Assembly (NCBI GenBank): GCA_040285825.1
Contig: JAUPSS010000005.1
Span: 930,001-994,000 of the forward strand
Source of the DNA: Eukaryota sp. TZLM1-RC
Taxonomy: Eukaryota > Protista > Metamonada: BaSk clade
Reading direction: 5' to 3'
Length of the DNA: 64,000 nucleotides
Shown: one piece after another, positions 59,927-64,000 of the stretch
How the letters are laid out: every line of letters begins with the position of its first letter
How positions within the stretch are numbered: the first letter of the stretch is position 1
Notes under the pieces: generated by a model
The model's input: the letters and a program-made list of their open reading frames with translations, nothing else
Told to the model about the DNA's origin: nothing
Database searches by the model: none
Made by a program: the position numbers and the translations under genes

Positions 59927-62359
59927 ATGAGTCTTTCTGAATGTAGTTTGTGTCTTGAATCAATGGAAGAAGCCACCACCCTTCCCAGTGGACATAGTTT
60001 CTGTCGAACCAAATGTCTCTCCAAATGGCTGAAATCAAACACCACATGCCCCTCCTGCCGTAACTACATTCCACAACGAGCTTTCTTCTTCGATAGAGTC
60101 TTGCGGGAATCGATCGATGGCCTTAACCAGAAACCAAAGGAGTTGACCATCTGTAATTTCTGCCTCGCATCCGACGCCACAATCTTTTGTTCACAATGCA
60201 GTGATCATCTCTGTCAGCAGTGCTCCACTCATCTTCATCAATACAAAATTTTCCAGGACCATAATATCGTCCCTCTCGAGGAGAAATCCCCCCTCCCTGT
60301 CGTCAAGTGTCCTCATCATAATACAAAAAACCTTGAATACTTCTGTTCCCAATGCAAGGTTGCAATTTGTGATGCTTGTGCTCTTTCACAAACTCACGTG
60401 GCCCATAACAAATGCCTTGTACCTCTTCCCAATGCCAAGGAAGACGTCAGTGAAGATGTGATGGGTGCGCAGAATTCATTGAATGTTTCTCACTTGCAAG
60501 AACCAACCGAAAGAGTTCAACATATTGAGCAGAAAACTCCTTCAACCCGGCAATCATTTGAAGAGACAAGAGATGAGCCCATTTATGATGCTGTTTTCAA
60601 ATATGTAAACGAGTGTTTTAATCAGTCAAATAATGATAAACTTAGACCAGATCAAAAAGATGATCTGAATACCATTACTAGTAAAGATTGGTGCTCTCTT
60701 TGTAGTCGTTTGTTAGTAATTCGAGACAATTCTTTGAAGTATAGAACTTTGTGCGCTGATTTTTTGACTGTTGATCCGTTAGTTCCTGAACATCACCTTG
60801 ATTGGTACAATATCTTAGTCACTTGGCTCCGGTATTTGATTTTAAATAATTTTGATCCATTACTTTTACCATCTTTTCCTCTAGGAATTGACGATGACGT
60901 CATTTGTTACATAATTGAAAATTTGTTTTCACTGGAAACAATTGATGAACCTAAGCTTGGCTTGTTTTGTTCTCTTATTCAGTCGTTTAAAAATAACGAG
61001 GAGAGGATATTGTTCACTAAAAGCCACCACAATGTTTTCAAATCTTTGCAGTCTGAACAGTTGCAGACTGTATTGCATGTGTTGTTTACCACAACTTTCT
61101 TAAATACCAGTTCTTTTGAAGATTTGGATAGTATTTGTTTTCATTATGTTTCACCATTCCTCAGCTTCTTCGAATGTGATTTGGATACTTTCAAGATAGT
61201 TGTTACCACATTGACATCAGTAATCAACAACCGTTTGCTTGATTGTAGCATTGATTTCAATGACCCTGCTATCTATGAAGAATCCGAAATGCAATTGACT
61301 GAACTCAATGATTATGCTCGTATAATTCTATATTCTAGAAGATTTTTGCTTGCAGTCCAGCACAGCATTGATAATAATGTACCTATTCACCCAATTATCA
61401 TGAGGTACATTTTAACTGAACAGCTTGATTCCGACCATCTTCTTGGAGTTAAGTCTTGTGGATTGAGATATCTGACATCAACACGTGGAAGTTTTCAAGT
61501 TGTTGATTTTATTTGTAATGAAATTTTCAGAGCTGATAATATTCTTGATACAAAAACTAAAGCTCAACTTCTTTCTGCATTGTTTGTTGAAAAAGCAGCT
61601 GCGGGTGTTGGTCCGTGCTTTTCTACTGATGTGGAAAATATACATAAGTTCAATTTCAATCATGATTCAACTTATCATCAACAATTTTTCTCCGAATATG
61701 TTCATGTTTTTTCTTCTCCAATGGACAAACAATTCCAATTTAATCCTAGTTTTTTGAGAGGACTTTTTGGCCTTCCAACAGATGAACTTGGAAAAATTTT
61801 GCCTAGTTTGCCACAAAACATCTGTCAGATATTTTACCTTTTCGATAATAAGGATCTATTAGTACCAGTCCTGGAAGTGATTGATTTACCAGGTTTTAAG
61901 GAGCTTATAGATGCTGACACTATTGAAAACTGTTTTGTTCCCGGTTGTTGGCCAAATATAGTGCTTTCTCAATTTGGTATAATGAATCCTTCCCTTAGAA
62001 CCCATTTATACTATTGCAAAAACTGTTTTTCGTGGATTGATGTCATGGATTCTGGTGGGATTTCTCAATTTTCTGTGGAACAACGCCCATTTGCACTGAG
62101 AGATGATAAAAAATGTAAAGTTTGTCAAGAAAACTGCTTGCATTTTCTTCCTCGTGATTCAGAAGGTAGAAATATTCGTAACTACAATCAAATTATATAC
62201 GACCATTTCAAGAATAATTGGTCATGTGGTTTTGTTCCTTTTACTGTTTACTTTGAGTTAATGGAAAACCATATCAGAAATCTAATCCCTTATACCAGTT
62301 TATCTGCTTATAGGAAGCTCTTAGCTCCTAGCTCTTTGCTAGGTGTTGTTGTTGTTTAA
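59927..62359 (+). CDS. RING-B-box-B-box (TRIM-like) protein with uncharacterised C-terminal region
   Basis: CSLC..PSGHSFC..C..W..CPSC; CNFC..CSQC..LCQQC..H..H; CPHH..FCSQC..ICDAC..H..H. Confidence 0.8.
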   Translation: MSLSECSLCLESMEEATTLPSGHSFCRTKCLSKWLKSNTTCPSCRNYIPQRAFFFDRVLRESIDGLNQKPKELTICNFCLASDATIFCSQCSDHLCQQCSTHLHQYKIFQDHNIVPLEEKSPLPVVKCPHHNTKNLEYFCSQCKVAICDACALSQTHVAHNKCLVPLPNAKEDVSEDVMGAQNSLNVSHLQEPTERVQHIEQKTPSTRQSFEETRDEPIYDAVFKYVNECFNQSNNDKLRPDQKDDLNTITSKDWCSLCSRLLVIRDNSLKYRTLCADFLTVDPLVPEHHLDWYNILVTWLRYLILNNFDPLLLPSFPLGIDDDVICYIIENLFSLETIDEPKLGLFCSLIQSFKNNEERILFTKSHHNVFKSLQSEQLQTVLHVLFTTTFLNTSSFEDLDSICFHYVSPFLSFFECDLDTFKIVVTTLTSVINNRLLDCSIDFNDPAIYEESEMQLTELNDYARIILYSRRFLLAVQHSIDNNVPIHPIIMRYILTEQLDSDHLLGVKSCGLRYLTSTRGSFQVVDFICNEIFRADNILDTKTKAQLLSALFVEKAAAGVGPCFSTDVENIHKFNFNHDSTYHQQFFSEYVHVFSSPMDKQFQFNPSFLRGLFGLPTDELGKILPSLPQNICQIFYLFDNKDLLVPVLEVIDLPGFKELIDADTIENCFVPGCWPNIVLSQFGIMNPSLRTHLYYCKNCFSWIDVMDSGGISQFSVEQRPFALRDDKKCKVCQENCLHFLPRDSEGRNIRNYNQIIYDHFKNNWSCGFVPFTVYFELMENHIRNLIPYTSLSAYRKLLAPSSLLGVVVV

Positions 62360-64000
62360 GTCGAAGAACATAGATCTAACGAAGTCGTACTGATGAACAG
62401 GTTGACCGTATTTGGTGATCGGCGTAAATGCTCTGGTGGGTCCATCGCGATCCCTAACTGTTTTAGCCCAATTGCCAAAGTTAAGAACGAAGTCGAAGAT
62501 CTTCTTGGCGTCAAACGCTTCATTTAACTTAACTAGGCATCTCAGTTTGTCGTCTATTCTTTTCCTCAATTTCTCCTCGTCTGTTACAGGAGTTCTATAA
62601 AGACCGAGGGTGTCGACGAGAGAATCTCTAGGAGCATTCGTTCCTAGGGGTTGCGTGGGTATAGATGATTTTATAACAGATGCTTGTGTAGGAGTTGCTT
62701 CACAAGAAGCTCTCCTAGATGCCAGAGGCCCTACAGAAGGTGTACTATATAGGTTCATATTCCTCTCTTCTGAAGGCAATGTTTCGCCCAACTTTATGAT
62801 AAATCTTGTCTTAGGAGGTTCCTCCTGCACAGGTACAGTCTGGGCTGGTGGTCTTAAATCCACCCAATCTGGTGCATCTTTAGATCCTCTAGGGACCCCT
62901 GCTAGTTTATGATCATATGGAAGGCAACTGCTCTTTATTAAGACATTCTCAAAAACATTTTGGTCGGGCCAGCTATCAACCCATGCCTTAAGTTTAGCCA
63001 TCCATGCATCAGGGTATACTAGTTTTAACTTGTTGGGGCCAACACATTGCTCTTTCAATTCAATTACCCTCGTGCCTATTTCTCTAATATAGGACTCTTT
63101 GGTATGAAATTGAAGGGTGTCACCTCGAGATTCATCGAATCTGCCCCCAAGCATAATAAGAATGTCCGCAATGGAATCTTTTGGGTGTACATTCTCCACT
63201 AGGAAATGCCTTACGACGCCTCTAAGGTTTCTACCTTGTTGATTATGAGGATACATTTTAGCTATCCAAAATAGTCTGTCGTAAGCTTCTTGATTTCCAC
63301 TGAAATATATTTTGTGGTCATCAATTGCATCCCTATGCCATTTGGCAGGCCTGGGAGTAGCAGCTTGATACTTTGAACGAGGTGCGCTAAAATAGCAATC
63401 CTCGACTGCACTCATTCCACACGAGACTGCCGAATCGGTAAGATCATCCAATCTCTTTAAAAGATTTGGACTTTGATCATAACTCTCGTAGACGACGTCG
63501 TCAAGTGTTTTGCCGTGGGCTTCCCCAAAGAGGAAGGGCCAACGTTTCGCTAAATAGTCACGTCGCACCTTCTCACATTCGGCTGGGTCTACGTCTCCCG
63601 CAAAACGCTCTGACTCATTCTCAGCCATTTTTAATAATTCGTCATCACTCCAATCCAGTATATCTTCGGGAGGATTGGCGATGAGGTCCAATAAGAAATC
63701 TCTAGTTACAGCCTCAACTGCCTTTGCTAATTTCCTGCGGTAAAGACCCTGAGAAGTCCTTTCCGTAGATGGGAAACTAGGAGTTGGATTAGGAGAATTG
63801 GGTGTATGAGGTGGTTCATCATCGCTCTCATCCCCTCTCCTGCTGTAGTTCTGATTAAGAGATCCTCTGGAATCACTTTGAGGTTCCTCACTTGAGCTGA
63901 TGTCAGAAGTAGGTGAGGAGGGAGTTTTACGTGAGGAGCCAGTCGTAGACTGTTGCTCGCCTTCACCTCCTTCACCTTCTGTACAAGCGTCAGATTTGGT
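62344..64000 (-). mobile_element. gag: truncated gag of another Gypsy-type family (frame open to the window edge)
   Basis: IFDFVLNFGNW ~ LVSFLLKFQTW and GQPVHQYDFVRSM ~ GPPIHHYDLFRSM of copy B Gag; retroelement-like base composition. Confidence 0.65.

Noticed and set aside
1-64000. CRISPR arrays, rRNA, tRNA, prokaryotic operons
   Set aside because: None seen. The repeats are LTRs, TSDs and TE copies, and the gene content and introns are eukaryotic.

Overview
AT-rich eukaryotic (protist-like) DNA, standard genetic code, roughly two-thirds retroelement-derived. Host genes are few and compact: signal-peptide SDR, TMEM115-like, CD-MPR/ATG27-like, LTV1, TMC channel, TOM1/GPR137-like, a RING-B-box protein and two broken calmodulin-like paralogues. 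Several contain 24-34 nt GT-AG introns with the branch site fixed next to the 3' splice site. The mobile fraction comprises (i) Ty3/Gypsy-type LTR elements with very short LTRs (79-143 bp), a chromodomain-like integrase tail and, where both ends are visible, a 4-bp TSD; (ii) about eight families of CRE-like RLE non-LTR retrotransposons, dispersed and nested; (iii) a hAT relic; and (iv) three copies of a ~1.1 kb Gag-only LTR element. This last element is the most notable observation. Its LTR body is unrelated to the large Gypsy LTR, yet it shares that element's U5/PBS motif GGCA(A/T)CAATAATTATTGGCC (12-bp palindrome, no canonical tRNA PBS), the PPT-LTR junction and the 4-bp TSD. This suggests a helper/satellite retrotransposon system with non-canonical priming or dimerisation. 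All calls are by eye; no database searches were run. Family letters are my own labels and coordinates of degenerate fragments are approximate.
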